This document shows, piece by piece, positions 44,986 through 55,155 of a stretch of DNA of 64,000 nucleotides. The DNA comes from a virus, in the IMG/VR virus record IMGVR_UViG_3300010158_000028, positions 1 to 64,000 of that record; one strand, 5' to 3'. How positions within the stretch are numbered: the stretch's first letter is position 1; the number at the start of each line of letters is the position of its first letter. A model generated the notes under the pieces. The model was given only the letters and a program-made list of their open reading frames with translations. It searched no databases and had not been told where the DNA came from. A program made the position numbers and the translations under genes.

Positions 44986-46017
44986 CTATACTTTCTTCCA
45001 AAATGTAAATTTAGTCTGTGCCCTGAGTCCCTCAAATGTATTACTACTTATAATATCCTGTAACTCACTTTGTGACATTCCATTCATAATCATCTCATTA
45101 ATATCCTTACCTTTGATTGTATCTGGCCAAATTACTACATTATGACCTAACTTGATTGCATTTTGCATTAACTTCATCACTTCTTTATTACGTGGTTCAT
45201 TATCATAAATCAAAATTATTTTTTTTGCATCAACATTTTTTGATGTCAATGCAAGATTGGAATCACCTGATGCTAGGCAGTTATTTAGAAACAAAGAATC
45301 AATCGGACCTTCCACAATATATACTGGTTCGTCTAGATTAACTCTATCCATACCATACACTAGTTTTTCTTTACTCTCATTTGTTCGTAGAGTAACATAC
45401 CTTAACTTCTCACTGGCATTTTCTAATGCACGACCAGATATTGCAATTAAACTGTTGTTTTTATCATAGAAGGGTATGACTAGTCGTTTATCTGCGGTTA
45501 TCTCTTTTCCATGCGATGGATATATTTCATCACAGAACTTCTTGTAATTATCAGTATAATACAACATACCAAGAATATCTTTAGTCATCTTACGTGATTC
45601 ACAATACTTAATACAGAAATGTTCTTTTGATAGTTTATCACATCTTTCTGCATTTTCATATTGCACATCGGTCTTTAATTTACCAAATGTAAATGATGGT
45701 ATATCTACTGCAATCTTAATCTTTTTATCTTTGAATACTTCACCAGATTTGTATCGTTCCATTAAATATTCTTTGAATAGACTACCATCTAATGTTTTAA
45801 TAAGATTGCCAATACTCATACTCTGTCCACAATTGTGACAGCGATAGAATAGATTGTTTACTTTACGGTAGATATAACCCCGCATCTTGTTGGGATTCTT
45901 TTTAGAATCACCACACAAAGGACAACGGCAAGAAAATAGGTAATCTTGCTTGCGTTGAAACTTTTCAAACCGTGGAGTTAATAGGAGAGTATACTTAAGA
46001 TCAATTGACAATGACAT
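44986..46017 (-). CDS. T4 gp61-like DNA primase
   Basis: Zn finger CPLCGDS..CHNC; TOPRIM 'EGPIDS', 'DNEPRN', 'KDIN'. Confidence 0.93.
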   Translation of the reverse strand: MSLSIDLKYTLLLTPRFEKFQRKQDYLFSCRCPLCGDSKKNPNKMRGYIYRKVNNLFYRCHNCGQSMSIGNLIKTLDGSLFKEYLMERYKSGEVFKDKKIKIAVDIPSFTFGKLKTDVQYENAERCDKLSKEHFCIKYCESRKMTKDILGMLYYTDNYKKFCDEIYPSHGKEITADKRLVIPFYDKNNSLIAISGRALENASEKLRYVTLRTNESKEKLVYGMDRVNLDEPVYIVEGPIDSLFLNNCLASGDSNLALTSKNVDAKKIILIYDNEPRNKEVMKLMQNAIKLGHNVVIWPDTIKGKDINEMIMNGMSQSELQDIISSNTFEGLRAQTKFTFWKKV

Positions 46018-46038
46018 GATTCACCATAATAAAGAAAC

Positions 46039-46067
46039 ATTATAACACAAACTACTCAATACAACAA
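46039..46067 (-). promoter_or_regulatory. sigma70-like promoter upstream of primase
   Basis: TTGTTG, 17 nt, TATAAT. Confidence 0.55.
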
Positions 46068-46086
46068 GGTTAAATTAGATGATTAC

Positions 46087-46326
46087 CTAAAATAACTTAT
46101 CTAGTTTAATGTGCGCCAATATATACCCAATAACAACTGCACCACCAAATATCATGAACCGCCACTTCTCAAGGATAGAAATTCTATCTGAGACAGAATC
46201 AAACTTTTCCATTAAACACCGGTGTTGTTCTTTTTGTTCTGCTCTAATCTCTTTTAATTCATCAACAACGAATTGAACTTTATTTTCCAAGACGGCTATC
46301 CTTGATTGAGTGTCTATCATTTCCAT
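46087..46326 (-). CDS. coiled-coil protein with C-terminal TM (XhlA-like)
   Basis: Heptad pattern and hydrophobic C-terminus. Confidence 0.55.
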   Translation of the reverse strand: MEMIDTQSRIAVLENKVQFVVDELKEIRAEQKEQHRCLMEKFDSVSDRISILEKWRFMIFGGAVVIGYILAHIKLDKLF

Positions 46327-46327
46327 T

Positions 46328-46537
46328 TTATTTCTTAGATGCCTTCTCTGGTACTTTGGTGCCTTCTAACTTTTTATGCACTTTGATTTTCTTGCAGTCT
46401 TGTGCAGTCTTACCAGTTTTCTTATCTACAACGGGTTTACCATCTTTACCTACACGGTCATGGCATACTTCTTTTACTTCTGCAGCATTAACATTATACA
46501 CGAATAACATCAAAAGTGTGGCAATTATGTTTTTCAT
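46328..46537 (-). CDS. small secreted basic protein
   Basis: Signal peptide; two Cys; 'KKIKVHKKLEGTKVP'. Confidence 0.6.
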   Translation of the reverse strand: MKNIIATLLMLFVYNVNAAEVKEVCHDRVGKDGKPVVDKKTGKTAQDCKKIKVHKKLEGTKVPEKASKK

Positions 46538-46545
46538 GATAGTCC

Positions 46546-46980
46546 TTATAGTGGTGGTTCTGCGGCAGGCGCAGGTGCAAGTTTACCTGTTGATGAATAT
46601 GATACTGGTGCTGATGTTGGAACAACTGCAGGTGCGGGTGTATATGTTGGAACTGGTGTTGGAGTAGGTGTTACAACTGGTGTAACTGGCGGTGGATTTA
46701 CTGCTGCACCAGCAACCTTCTCTTGTGTTCTACCATAAGCAGATACACCTAATACTGCACCCATTGCAACATGAAACAATCCACCACCTTGCAGTGTAAT
46801 TGGTACCCATTGTCTAAATGCATCATTAGCTGCTTGAACTTCCCAGAACTGAACGATAGTAAACATTATTGGAAACAATGCAAAGTCACACAAACAACAA
46901 AACATATACATAAATGCCATCATGGGACGCCACTTCTTTTGCATCCAATCTTCTTCTTTTTTCTCTACGATATCAGCCAT
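46546..46980 (-). CDS. holin (GTA 3TM holin-like)
   Basis: 'KWRPMM', TMs, 'GAVLGVSAYGRTQEK'; next to the endolysin. Confidence 0.72.
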   Translation of the reverse strand: MADIVEKKEEDWMQKKWRPMMAFMYMFCCLCDFALFPIMFTIVQFWEVQAANDAFRQWVPITLQGGGLFHVAMGAVLGVSAYGRTQEKVAGAAVNPPPVTPVVTPTPTPVPTYTPAPAVVPTSAPVSYSSTGKLAPAPAAEPPL

Positions 46981-46991
46981 ATTATTTTCCT

Positions 46992-47297
46992 TTAATTACT
47001 TACTAAAACTGTTCTATAACAATTACAATTTGCATCTAAAATTTGTTCGTAATGATAACCTATTGGTGCACCTGGTTGAATATATGTAACGGGTGGTGGA
47101 TTATATATCATTGGAGGTTGATTATATATCACAGTTGGTCGTGACATAATATATCCTGCAGTAGCACCAAGTAACAATGGTGCTACCCATGAACTGCGAT
47201 TTGGTTCTCTGTAGTATCCACCGTGATGACCGTGATGATGTTGTGCTAATACATTACTTGATACCAATAATGTAATAACTAACAATATCTTTTTCAT
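46992..47297 (-). CDS. secreted His/Pro-rich protein
   Basis: Signal peptide MKKILL; GGAGG RBS. Confidence 0.6.
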   Translation of the reverse strand: MKKILLVITLLVSSNVLAQHHHGHHGGYYREPNRSSWVAPLLLGATAGYIMSRPTVIYNQPPMIYNPPPVTYIQPGAPIGYHYEQILDANCNCYRTVLVSN

Positions 47298-47298
47298 G

Positions 47299-47934
47299 TT
47301 ACCCTCCAAATACGTGAAGTGCATGATCGTAATGTTTTTGTCTATCTGCTAAACCTAATGTACCACCATTGATTCGTTTAGTCATTGTTAAGATATCACC
47401 CTTATCAGCAAAGGTATTTAAATTGTTTGTTTCCCAAAACCAACATGCAGATTGTGCAGCACCTTCAAATGTTCCAAGATACTCTGGCACATCATCAATT
47501 GACATTTCTAAACTATCTGCGAATGCCTGATAGTTATTCTTACCTGTTAATTGAATTAGTCCACGACCACAATACTTCCAACCATCACCAGATGCTTCAT
47601 CACCATTACCCATACGACTACCATAGGCACGATTAGCAATCTTTGGTTGATTGTGTGCGTATTGTGCTGCGATTGATGGCATATCAGGTGGAAACAATCT
47701 TGGCCATACTCTTGATAGTGATGCAGCTGTGTAGTTTAAATTCTCTTTCAATGCTCTAAAGTTACCACTCTCGTGAGCACACTGAGCAATAAATGCTGCG
47801 GCACGTTTAGGTGTGTTAATCTCATAATCAGGTAATAGAATGTTTAATGCATCAAACCAATGGTCAACATATGGATTACCCTGAATACATTGTCCTAGTT
47901 TTTGTGCTGTAAAATCAAATGTAAATTCACTCAT
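47299..47934 (-). CDS. glycoside hydrolase family 19 endolysin
   Basis: 'FIAQCAHES', 'ENLNY', 'GRGLIQLTG', 'INGG'. Confidence 0.92.
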   Translation of the reverse strand: MSEFTFDFTAQKLGQCIQGNPYVDHWFDALNILLPDYEINTPKRAAAFIAQCAHESGNFRALKENLNYTAASLSRVWPRLFPPDMPSIAAQYAHNQPKIANRAYGSRMGNGDEASGDGWKYCGRGLIQLTGKNNYQAFADSLEMSIDDVPEYLGTFEGAAQSACWFWETNNLNTFADKGDILTMTKRINGGTLGLADRQKHYDHALHVFGG

Positions 47935-47942
47935 AAAATCTC

Positions 47943-48149
47943 CTAGGCAACTGCCCTTGCAATGTTAATAATATTTACCAGTATTTCTCTATACATAATG
48001 TTTTCATCTAGATATGCAGTTTGATCTTCTATTGATTGCATAACATTCATACTTTCAATTAACTCTTTAAATTCATCTGCAGAGATAGTACCTGCAGAGT
48101 ATGCTTCTTTAATATCTGATGCTTGTTGTGCTAGTGCTTGTAAACTCAT
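47943..48149 (-). CDS. hypothetical protein
   Basis: Coupled ORF in the lysis region. Confidence 0.55.
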   Translation of the reverse strand: MSLQALAQQASDIKEAYSAGTISADEFKELIESMNVMQSIEDQTAYLDENIMYREILVNIINIARAVA

Positions 48150-48571
48150 GATCGTGGCCTCTTAGCAATTACTTTCTGAATTTCTTCTGCGGATGATGCT
48201 ATAGATTTTAATTTTAACTCACAATATGTTTTATTAATTTCTTTTGATGTGTTATATCGTTTCTGTAAATCTGTAGTAAGCACATGAAGTAAATCTACAG
48301 GTTTAAATGTTTGTTCGTTTCTTGGTAGATACTGACTGTAATTCTTTAATTCATGTGCCATATCGTTTAGATTTTCTGATATAACTTTGATTGTGGCACT
48401 ATCATTACAGTATGGTTGTGCTAATTCTGCAGTTGATCTTACTTTATTGATTAAATTATATTCGCCTGGATCATATTGTGCAATCATGAATCTATCAATA
48501 GAAGAACATCCTGACAAGTATACTAAAGGCAAACCAGATACAAATAATAACACACATAATAGGTTTTTCAT
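48146..48571 (-). CDS. lipoprotein
   Basis: Lipobox LSGC. Confidence 0.65.
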   Translation of the reverse strand: MKNLLCVLLFVSGLPLVYLSGCSSIDRFMIAQYDPGEYNLINKVRSTAELAQPYCNDSATIKVISENLNDMAHELKNYSQYLPRNEQTFKPVDLLHVLTTDLQKRYNTSKEINKTYCELKLKSIASSAEEIQKVIAKRPRS

Positions 48572-49158
48572 TTCAATTTTTCCTCATATATTTTCTTTTG
48601 TTCTTTATACCACTGTTGCCAACCTATTACTTGTTCTCTGGTTTGGTAGTAGGTTGCGTAGTTGTCTGTGACAGTTCGTAGGACATCACTAATTTTAACT
48701 TTGGAGGTTCCTTCAACAGTGCTTCCGGTACTTGGGGAAACGGTATTTTGACTGGCACTGTCGTGGAGCACGATTGCAGCATTAGACAACTCACACTTAT
48801 TGTCATACTTAGTAACAATGGTTTCAATAACTTTAACATTTTCATTGGCATTCTCTCTTACTATTTTAACTCTATCAACATATTTAGTCTGAATAACAGT
48901 ATTAACTTTTTCAGATTCTACTTTAACTTCTTCTACTTTTGTTTCTATCTCTGCAATTCTGGCACGATAATCTTTTGTGCCGTAATAATTACCTTCATAG
49001 AATACACCAAATAGAATAATTACTAATGCAAATGGTATTACTAATATCTTATATGGTCCTGCAAAATAACTACCAATGAATACTACAAAACCAAACAATA
49101 CAATACCATGAATTGCCCATAGTAATGATTCAGTTGGTATTAGACTCATCAAAAACAT
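48568..49158 (-). CDS. i-spanin (Rz-like)
   Basis: N-terminal TMs, periplasmic coiled coil, embedded lipoprotein gene. Confidence 0.75.
   Translation of the reverse strand: MFLMSLIPTESLLWAIHGIVLFGFVVFIGSYFAGPYKILVIPFALVIILFGVFYEGNYYGTKDYRARIAEIETKVEEVKVESEKVNTVIQTKYVDRVKIVRENANENVKVIETIVTKYDNKCELSNAAIVLHDSASQNTVSPSTGSTVEGTSKVKISDVLRTVTDNYATYYQTREQVIGWQQWYKEQKKIYEEKLK
48627..48845 (-). CDS. o-spanin (Rz1-like), embedded in the i-spanin
   Basis: Lipobox LQSC followed by Pro-rich 'VPVKIPFPQVPEALLKEPP'; alternate frame. Confidence 0.75.
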   Translation of the reverse strand: MKMLKLLKPLLLSMTISVSCLMLQSCSTTVPVKIPFPQVPEALLKEPPKLKLVMSYELSQTTTQPTTKPENK

Positions 49159-49622
49159 TAGTTACCTTTACCATATCTCAGATACATCATTGCACCAGTT
49201 TGTTCATCTTCAAGAACAATACCTTCTTTCCAATTTCTATTTGCAAATTCAGCAATCTCTTTACTTATCTCTGCATCACCTAGATATGCTTCAAATCTCA
49301 TACCTTTACGTTTTAACATTCGTGCCATTACAAAATTCTTTGTTGGAACTTTAAATACTTGTGAACCAGCAAACTTCTTTCTCTTTTCTATACCAGGTTC
49401 TGCAAATCTACCTGTACCTAGACCCGCAATCTGACCACCACCAACATTATTGGTGATTGCGCCTTCTCCATCTTCACCTAGATGTTTGAAGTATTGAACT
49501 TGACGTTCTCTTTTTTCTGCACCTTCTTTAGAAGGATAAGTACCTAGATTCTTACCTGTTTTCTTTGAAACAAGTCTATAACCACCATCTACTTTTACAA
49601 TATGTTCTTTGAATGATATCAT
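49158..49622 (-). CDS. putative internal head protein
   Basis: MISFKEH start; 'KNLGTYPSKEGAEKRERQVQYFKH' module. Confidence 0.55.
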   Translation of the reverse strand: MISFKEHIVKVDGGYRLVSKKTGKNLGTYPSKEGAEKRERQVQYFKHLGEDGEGAITNNVGGGQIAGLGTGRFAEPGIEKRKKFAGSQVFKVPTKNFVMARMLKRKGMRFEAYLGDAEISKEIAEFANRNWKEGIVLEDEQTGAMMYLRYGKGN

Positions 49623-50011
49623 TTAATTTGCCTTAATACTTCTGCAATTTCCATATCAACAGGAATATCTGCAGAGATAATATTCTTGTCTCTAATACCT
49701 TTTACAACTGATGGCATATAATTCAAATATAACAAATACGTTTTCAATGCAGGGTAATCATCAAGAGTCATCTTATAAAATAGAATTCTCGTTGATGCTT
49801 CTACACCAAAAACATTATATATTACTACTAGATGATTAATAACTAATCGTTCTCTTAACTCACCATACTTGCGATACCGAAGCAATAGTCTCTTAATGTA
49901 ATTAAACTTTTTCATGTCTTGAGTAAATTCACTCATAATGCAGTTAGGTTTGTCATAGGCCTTTGCTGCATACAATAATATATTGTTACTGTTTAACGAA
50001 TCAAAAGTCAT
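49619..50011 (-). CDS. conserved T4-like phage protein
   Basis: 'GELRERLVINHL..YNVFG'. Confidence 0.7.
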   Translation of the reverse strand: MTFDSLNSNNILLYAAKAYDKPNCIMSEFTQDMKKFNYIKRLLLRYRKYGELRERLVINHLVVIYNVFGVEASTRILFYKMTLDDYPALKTYLLYLNYMPSVVKGIRDKNIISADIPVDMEIAEVLRQIK

Positions 50012-50331
50012 TAAGTTTCTTCGGTATCTTCCTCATCTGATAGTAATTCTTCTATACGTTCACTGTTACCCATCTCAGCATAGAATTCATAATAACCATC
50101 ATCTGTTTTGCCATATATTACATATACAAGTCCTGCAACTTCTTCAGTTTCAATCTTCTTTGCACTTAATACAAATTCATCATCATCTGGATTTAACCCA
50201 TAGATTACAGGCATATCCAGACGATGATTGTATAAAATGCTTCTGATTCTTTGTATGCCAGATTCTGGTGTTAAGATATTCTTATCCAGATTTTCAGACA
50301 AAGAATCATTTACTTCATCAAAATTATCCAT
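50011..50331 (-). CDS. hypothetical acidic protein
   Basis: Coupled ORF. Confidence 0.55.
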   Translation of the reverse strand: MDNFDEVNDSLSENLDKNILTPESGIQRIRSILYNHRLDMPVIYGLNPDDDEFVLSAKKIETEEVAGLVYVIYGKTDDGYYEFYAEMGNSERIEELLSDEEDTEET

Positions 50332-50888
50332 TAAGTATCAGGGAAGATTGTATCTTCATCATCAGCAACACTATTACTCATAGAACCCATTGCAACTAAA
50401 GTTTCTACCTGAGCCCGACCAGCACGACCGCCTACGGTAACTGTAAATGCTGCATTACCTGATGGAGGAACTGCAGTAGGTGCAGATGTGAAAGAACCAG
50501 GATTAGTGATTGCAAAACTATTAACTGATCCATTGGCATTAACTATTACAGTTGCAACCGCTGGTGTAGCACCTGTGCCACCGCCCGAAAATGTAACAGA
50601 ACCATTTGTTGTATAAGCATTTGTATTAGCAGTAATAGAAATAATACCACCTGTACCAGCTTTACGTAAATTCCATCCAGCATGTTGTGGATGTGATGCT
50701 GATGATTCTGATACTTTTTGTTCGGTAGGATCTACACCAAAAACACCTAATGCTTGACCAGTCCGAAATTGTCCAATTTTTGTGTTACTTAAAGTTGTTG
50801 TAGTAGTTACTGCATTTGCAGTAGACCGAGCAAAACCTGGAAATTTCAGGTTACCCGCTGCATTGTCTGTGTTTCCCCATAAAGCCAT
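50331..50888 (-). CDS. virion structural protein
   Basis: 'MALWG', 'HAGW', 'GRAGRAQVETLVAM'; AGGAG RBS; late-promoter-like AATAAATA upstream. Confidence 0.65.
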   Translation of the reverse strand: MALWGNTDNAAGNLKFPGFARSTANAVTTTTTLSNTKIGQFRTGQALGVFGVDPTEQKVSESSASHPQHAGWNLRKAGTGGIISITANTNAYTTNGSVTFSGGGTGATPAVATVIVNANGSVNSFAITNPGSFTSAPTAVPPSGNAAFTVTVGGRAGRAQVETLVAMGSMSNSVADDEDTIFPDT

Positions 50889-50916
50889 TTGAATCTCCTT
50901 TGTTATTTGTTATTTA

Positions 50917-52740
50917 TTAGAAATTATTACGAATAATTTGTGTTGACAACTCTGGTTCCGGTTCAAATTTATCTTTTGATGCCTTTTGGTCTTTTGATTT
51001 TTTAGCAATATCTTTGACCATCATTGTTGTTTTACTCACTGTTCTTTTTGCTGGTGTATTTGTTCTTTCAACATCCATCTCACTATCTTCTTTCATTTGT
51101 TTCTTTATTGCCTGTTTAGCTAGATGTTTAACTCTTGACATTGGAGAATGAACTGCACCAGATTTATCTATTTTCCCATGTGGACCATTGAATGGAATCT
51201 TTGGATCATCTTTCTTCCATCCTGTATCTTTTGACCATGAACCTTCCGCTTCATCAATTTGCACATCTTCTTTCATGTGACCATATTTCTTTTTGTACCA
51301 AGTAGGCATTCCACTTGTCTTACGGAAATGTCTAACTGTTGCTGAATCATTTGCTTGGTCACGGTATTTGTTTTCTGCATCTGTATTATGACTCTTCATT
51401 GCTTCTGCGGCAGCATGTGCATCTTTAGCAATATGAATCAGTGCTTCATCAGATTTTTTATGATACTCATGACCTTCTAAAGGATGTCTTTGTGATGGAC
51501 GACCTTCTTCAAGTGTATCTTCTTTTACTGGACCATGTTCTGATTTGGTTGTTGGTTGTTTCTTTTTTAATAGAGAACTAAGAGAATCGTAATTCTTATC
51601 AGTTTTTACATTATATTCTTTGTTACCAGGACCAATATCAGCAACTCTAGTACCAATAGGTGCTTTGTGACTGATAACAACTGCTTCATTAATCTCTTCA
51701 TCCATACGACCATTGGAAGAAAGTCTCTCTTTGCGTCTTTGAGCAGCAAAGTCAGAACCCTGTGGTTGTTTCTTCTTTTCTCTACTCAACATAGAAACAA
51801 TTGAGGACAACTTAGATTTATCTGCACCACTAATATTACTCATCTTACGTTTTTCTTCTTTTGCTCTAAGAGAAGCACCATATGCAGCATCAGATTCAGT
51901 TACATTAGATTCAACTTCTTCTTTGGCATATTTTTTCTTCAAGTATTTGTCAACCCTGCGTTCATAATCACTTTTTGGTTCTCTTGGTTGTTTTTCAACC
52001 CATGCCTTATTGGTTTTTACATTATATTCTTTATTACCAGGACCAATATCAGCAACTCTAGTACCAATAGGTGCTTTGTGACTGATAACAACTGCTTCTT
52101 GAACTGGTTTCACTGGACCATGTTGAGGAATAGTTGTTGGTGATGATCCATCTCTACGTTCTTGTGGAGTAGGAATCTTAGGTGGATTCTTAATCAACTG
52201 TTTGCTTTTCAACATAGTCATCAATCTACTACTGGCAGATTCTTTAACTGTTTTTACAATACCATTACCACCTTTAGATTTTACTGAATCTAAAAATTTA
52301 TGTGCAGTTTCTTTTGAATCATAGTGTGCTACTGATATTTTTGGTTCTGATTTATTTGTTTTGAAAAGAACTGAATGTTTTTCTTCATCAATTTTTTCTA
52401 CTGACTCATCAACTTCACTCATCAAGTAATTTGAAACGGTAGAGATATAATCTTCTGCAAGAGTAATCTTAGATTGTACCCACTCAGGAAGATTATCATT
52501 ATCTTCTAACATATCATGAACTCTTTGAGCATTGTTGATAATACTCTGTAATTGTCCACGTGCCATATCACCTTCATAATCGTATTCTGTTTTTTCTTTT
52601 GCTTCTGAAACAGGTACACAATTAGGAACCTTCTTACCATTTTTCATTTTCATACCAACTGCAGTATAACCTGTCCAACAAGCATCTTTTAACTGACCTG
52701 TTGGTTCTTTAATTTCTCTTAACTTAGAGAATCTTTTCAT
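50917..52740 (-). CDS. modular charged protein, putative internal head polyprotein
   Basis: 'CWTGY..KVPNCVP' module; 'LPEWVQSKIT'; many (V/I/L)xE sites; internal duplication. Confidence 0.6.
   Translation of the reverse strand: MKRFSKLREIKEPTGQLKDACWTGYTAVGMKMKNGKKVPNCVPVSEAKEKTEYDYEGDMARGQLQSIINNAQRVHDMLEDNDNLPEWVQSKITLAEDYISTVSNYLMSEVDESVEKIDEEKHSVLFKTNKSEPKISVAHYDSKETAHKFLDSVKSKGGNGIVKTVKESASSRLMTMLKSKQLIKNPPKIPTPQERRDGSSPTTIPQHGPVKPVQEAVVISHKAPIGTRVADIGPGNKEYNVKTNKAWVEKQPREPKSDYERRVDKYLKKKYAKEEVESNVTESDAAYGASLRAKEEKRKMSNISGADKSKLSSIVSMLSREKKKQPQGSDFAAQRRKERLSSNGRMDEEINEAVVISHKAPIGTRVADIGPGNKEYNVKTDKNYDSLSSLLKKKQPTTKSEHGPVKEDTLEEGRPSQRHPLEGHEYHKKSDEALIHIAKDAHAAAEAMKSHNTDAENKYRDQANDSATVRHFRKTSGMPTWYKKKYGHMKEDVQIDEAEGSWSKDTGWKKDDPKIPFNGPHGKIDKSGAVHSPMSRVKHLAKQAIKKQMKEDSEMDVERTNTPAKRTVSKTTMMVKDIAKKSKDQKASKDKFEPEPELSTQIIRNNF
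51602..52098. repeat. 86-nt direct repeat (51602-51687 and 52013-52098)
   Basis: Both copies encode EAVVISHKAPIGTRVADIGPGNKEYNVKT, with one synonymous mismatch. Confidence 0.9.
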
Positions 52741-52742
52741 GA

Positions 52743-53693
52743 TCAGTCCTTTTTTGCTTGTTTGGTTGCTGTTGCATACATTACTTCTTTTGCACGATCA
52801 CCATAACGCTCTTTGAAACCGGCTAAACCTTTTTTCATTGATTTAACAATTTCTTCTTTCTTATCTGTTTCAGCACCAGTTAATGTGCGCTCTTCAATCT
52901 GTTCAACTTCCACTTCAACTGATTCACTCTTTACTGCTTGAACAGAACCTTTTGATAAATCTGGTTGTGTTTTTTTACCTTCAGATTTTGCTTGTGCATC
53001 ATCTAATTGTTTTTTAACTTCTTCAGTTGAATCTTCTTCAATTTTTTCAAGACTCTCAAACAAACCTTTGATACCATTTTCTTGATAACTATTCAATAAA
53101 TTAGTAAATGATTCTCCACGCATTGCCAATTTAGCATCTCTTTTAGCTTTAGAAGCGGGTGTTTCAAAACCTCTTGTTGCTCGTGAAGCATATGTACCTT
53201 TAGATACTTTTTTCTTGGATTTCATGTCAGCTGCATCATCTGCACCTTCTGGATCAACATAGTTTTTACCATATGATTTACCTTCAATCTTACGAACAGG
53301 CAAATCTGCTAACTTAACTTCATTTAATTGTTGAACTTCTTCTTTAACTACTTCTTCTTTATTAAATGCTTTCTTTAATATTTCAGAGGTATCCTTCTTT
53401 ACTTTATTTGAAGTGATTGGTTTAACCATGTTTACATCTTTATTTTTAAGACCCAAAGGATAATCACCGCCTCGTTCCTGTGATTTTTGACTTTTATCCA
53501 TTTCATTTACTTCAACTTCTTTCTTTTGACCTTTAAGAATCTTAAAATCTTGTGCATCAATTTTATTATTGTGATTCTTATCAATATTCTTTTGAGCACC
53601 AATTAGTGCTTCTTCAACTTTTTTCTGTGCATCTGCTTCCATAATCTTTTTTACTGCATCTGCTACTGACTGCGTAGTTTTATCTGTAAACAT
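52743..53693 (-). CDS. charged putative internal head/scaffold-like protein
   Basis: EF-hand-like 'DKNHNNKIDAQDF'; 'EVMYATATKQA'; many xxE sites. Confidence 0.55.
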   Translation of the reverse strand: MFTDKTTQSVADAVKKIMEADAQKKVEEALIGAQKNIDKNHNNKIDAQDFKILKGQKKEVEVNEMDKSQKSQERGGDYPLGLKNKDVNMVKPITSNKVKKDTSEILKKAFNKEEVVKEEVQQLNEVKLADLPVRKIEGKSYGKNYVDPEGADDAADMKSKKKVSKGTYASRATRGFETPASKAKRDAKLAMRGESFTNLLNSYQENGIKGLFESLEKIEEDSTEEVKKQLDDAQAKSEGKKTQPDLSKGSVQAVKSESVEVEVEQIEERTLTGAETDKKEEIVKSMKKGLAGFKERYGDRAKEVMYATATKQAKKD

Positions 53694-53736
53694 CTTTGAT
53701 TCTCCCTTTTGTTTTTATTAATTATGATTCATTTAG

Positions 53737-54852
53737 TTAAGTGTTAGACACTAACAGTATCTCGTAATTTACAGCAGTTTTTCCTGCTCCAACTTCTATT
53801 ACAGTATACATATCGGTTTTTTGTGGTAATACTAATGGAAACGGAAAGTCATATATGTAAGTGCTGTTGTCTACAATAGCTACGTGAAGAACCATAAACG
53901 CTTTACCAAAATATCTACCCATAAAATTTACCACTGTGGCACCTGTTGATGAAGCATCACCTTTAAACAAGTAACCAGTATAACCTGCGGGCACAGTATA
54001 AATGCCTGCTTTTGCTGCGCCTCTGCCTGATGTTATTTTAGATACTATAGTACCAGTGCCAGATGTAACATGTGTAGTAATGTCACCATCATTAGTATTT
54101 GCTCCATAACACATGACCTTATGAATACGTAAAAAATGGTTAGATGTAGCTACGGGGGTTCTTGAATCTGCCGCATCTAGAGTTATTACTTCACTTTGAT
54201 TAACATAATTGGCATCTAGCCCATCAATAAGAATTGGCATACTTCTATCAGTAGCATTATTAGTTGAACTCTTTACATATAATGTCTGTGCTGTGGCAAA
54301 ACTACTCCACGGATATGATGTGCCGCCTGACCATACAGCATCACCAGCTGAAGTAGAGGGATTGTATCCTGTAATTTGTTCTGTAGTGTGTCCTGCAATT
54401 AATCCCTGTGTTATCTGCATAGTCCACAACTTGCCCTGAGCGCTACCGCCAATGGTTGATACATTCCATGTACCACTCTGTGTAACTGCAACTGTTGAAT
54501 TTGAAATACTAACAGAACCATTAACTGTTTGTGTTGATGGAAAATTATTCACACTCACTGTACCGTTAGCAGTTACATTACCCTGTATAGGAACAAATGT
54601 AGTTAAATTGCCATATGTACCAACTTCAGTTAAATGAATATGAACTGGATTGGAAGGTGAACTTGTGACATTCACAGTTGTTCCAACATTAACATCACCA
54701 GTAATAGTGATGTTATTTGATCCTAATGTAACAGGTAATGGATTACCTATAGTAACCAAATTACCAGCAGCACCATTAGCCAGATATATCACTTCATACC
54801 GTGACGATATCTTTGGGTCTAACGATGTTGTTTCAGTATTATATTGCGCCAT
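53737..54852 (-). CDS. putative virion structural protein
   Basis: Thr/Val/Asn-rich repeats, then a 'GLDANY' and 'YTVPAGYTGY' domain. Confidence 0.6.
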   Translation of the reverse strand: MAQYNTETTSLDPKISSRYEVIYLANGAAGNLVTIGNPLPVTLGSNNITITGDVNVGTTVNVTSSPSNPVHIHLTEVGTYGNLTTFVPIQGNVTANGTVSVNNFPSTQTVNGSVSISNSTVAVTQSGTWNVSTIGGSAQGKLWTMQITQGLIAGHTTEQITGYNPSTSAGDAVWSGGTSYPWSSFATAQTLYVKSSTNNATDRSMPILIDGLDANYVNQSEVITLDAADSRTPVATSNHFLRIHKVMCYGANTNDGDITTHVTSGTGTIVSKITSGRGAAKAGIYTVPAGYTGYLFKGDASSTGATVVNFMGRYFGKAFMVLHVAIVDNSTYIYDFPFPLVLPQKTDMYTVIEVGAGKTAVNYEILLVSNT

Positions 54853-55155
54853 CTAGCAGTTCCACTTCCTCAATGATTTATTAATACGACTATCTGGATC
54901 TCGTGCAGTCTTAGCAGATGTTAATTTTGCTTTCATACCAGACATTCTAGCACAAAATGATTTTCTACGATTTGCAGATTTACTACCTGCCTTCAATTTA
55001 CTAGGTTTAGTAGTAACGGCTAATGATAAATGTGAACCAGGATGTTCTCTACGATAAGATTCAATACCTTTACGATTGAGACCACCCTCAGGGTTCTTAC
55101 CTTCTTTTCTCTGCCATGCTGCAACTTCAGCAATAAATTCTTTAAGTGTTATCAT
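54853..55155 (-). CDS. basic conserved phage protein with capsid-targeting-like N-terminus
   Basis: MITLKEFIAE; 'RRKSFCARM'; 'SLRKWNC'. Confidence 0.7.
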   Translation of the reverse strand: MITLKEFIAEVAAWQRKEGKNPEGGLNRKGIESYRREHPGSHLSLAVTTKPSKLKAGSKSANRRKSFCARMSGMKAKLTSAKTARDPDSRINKSLRKWNC

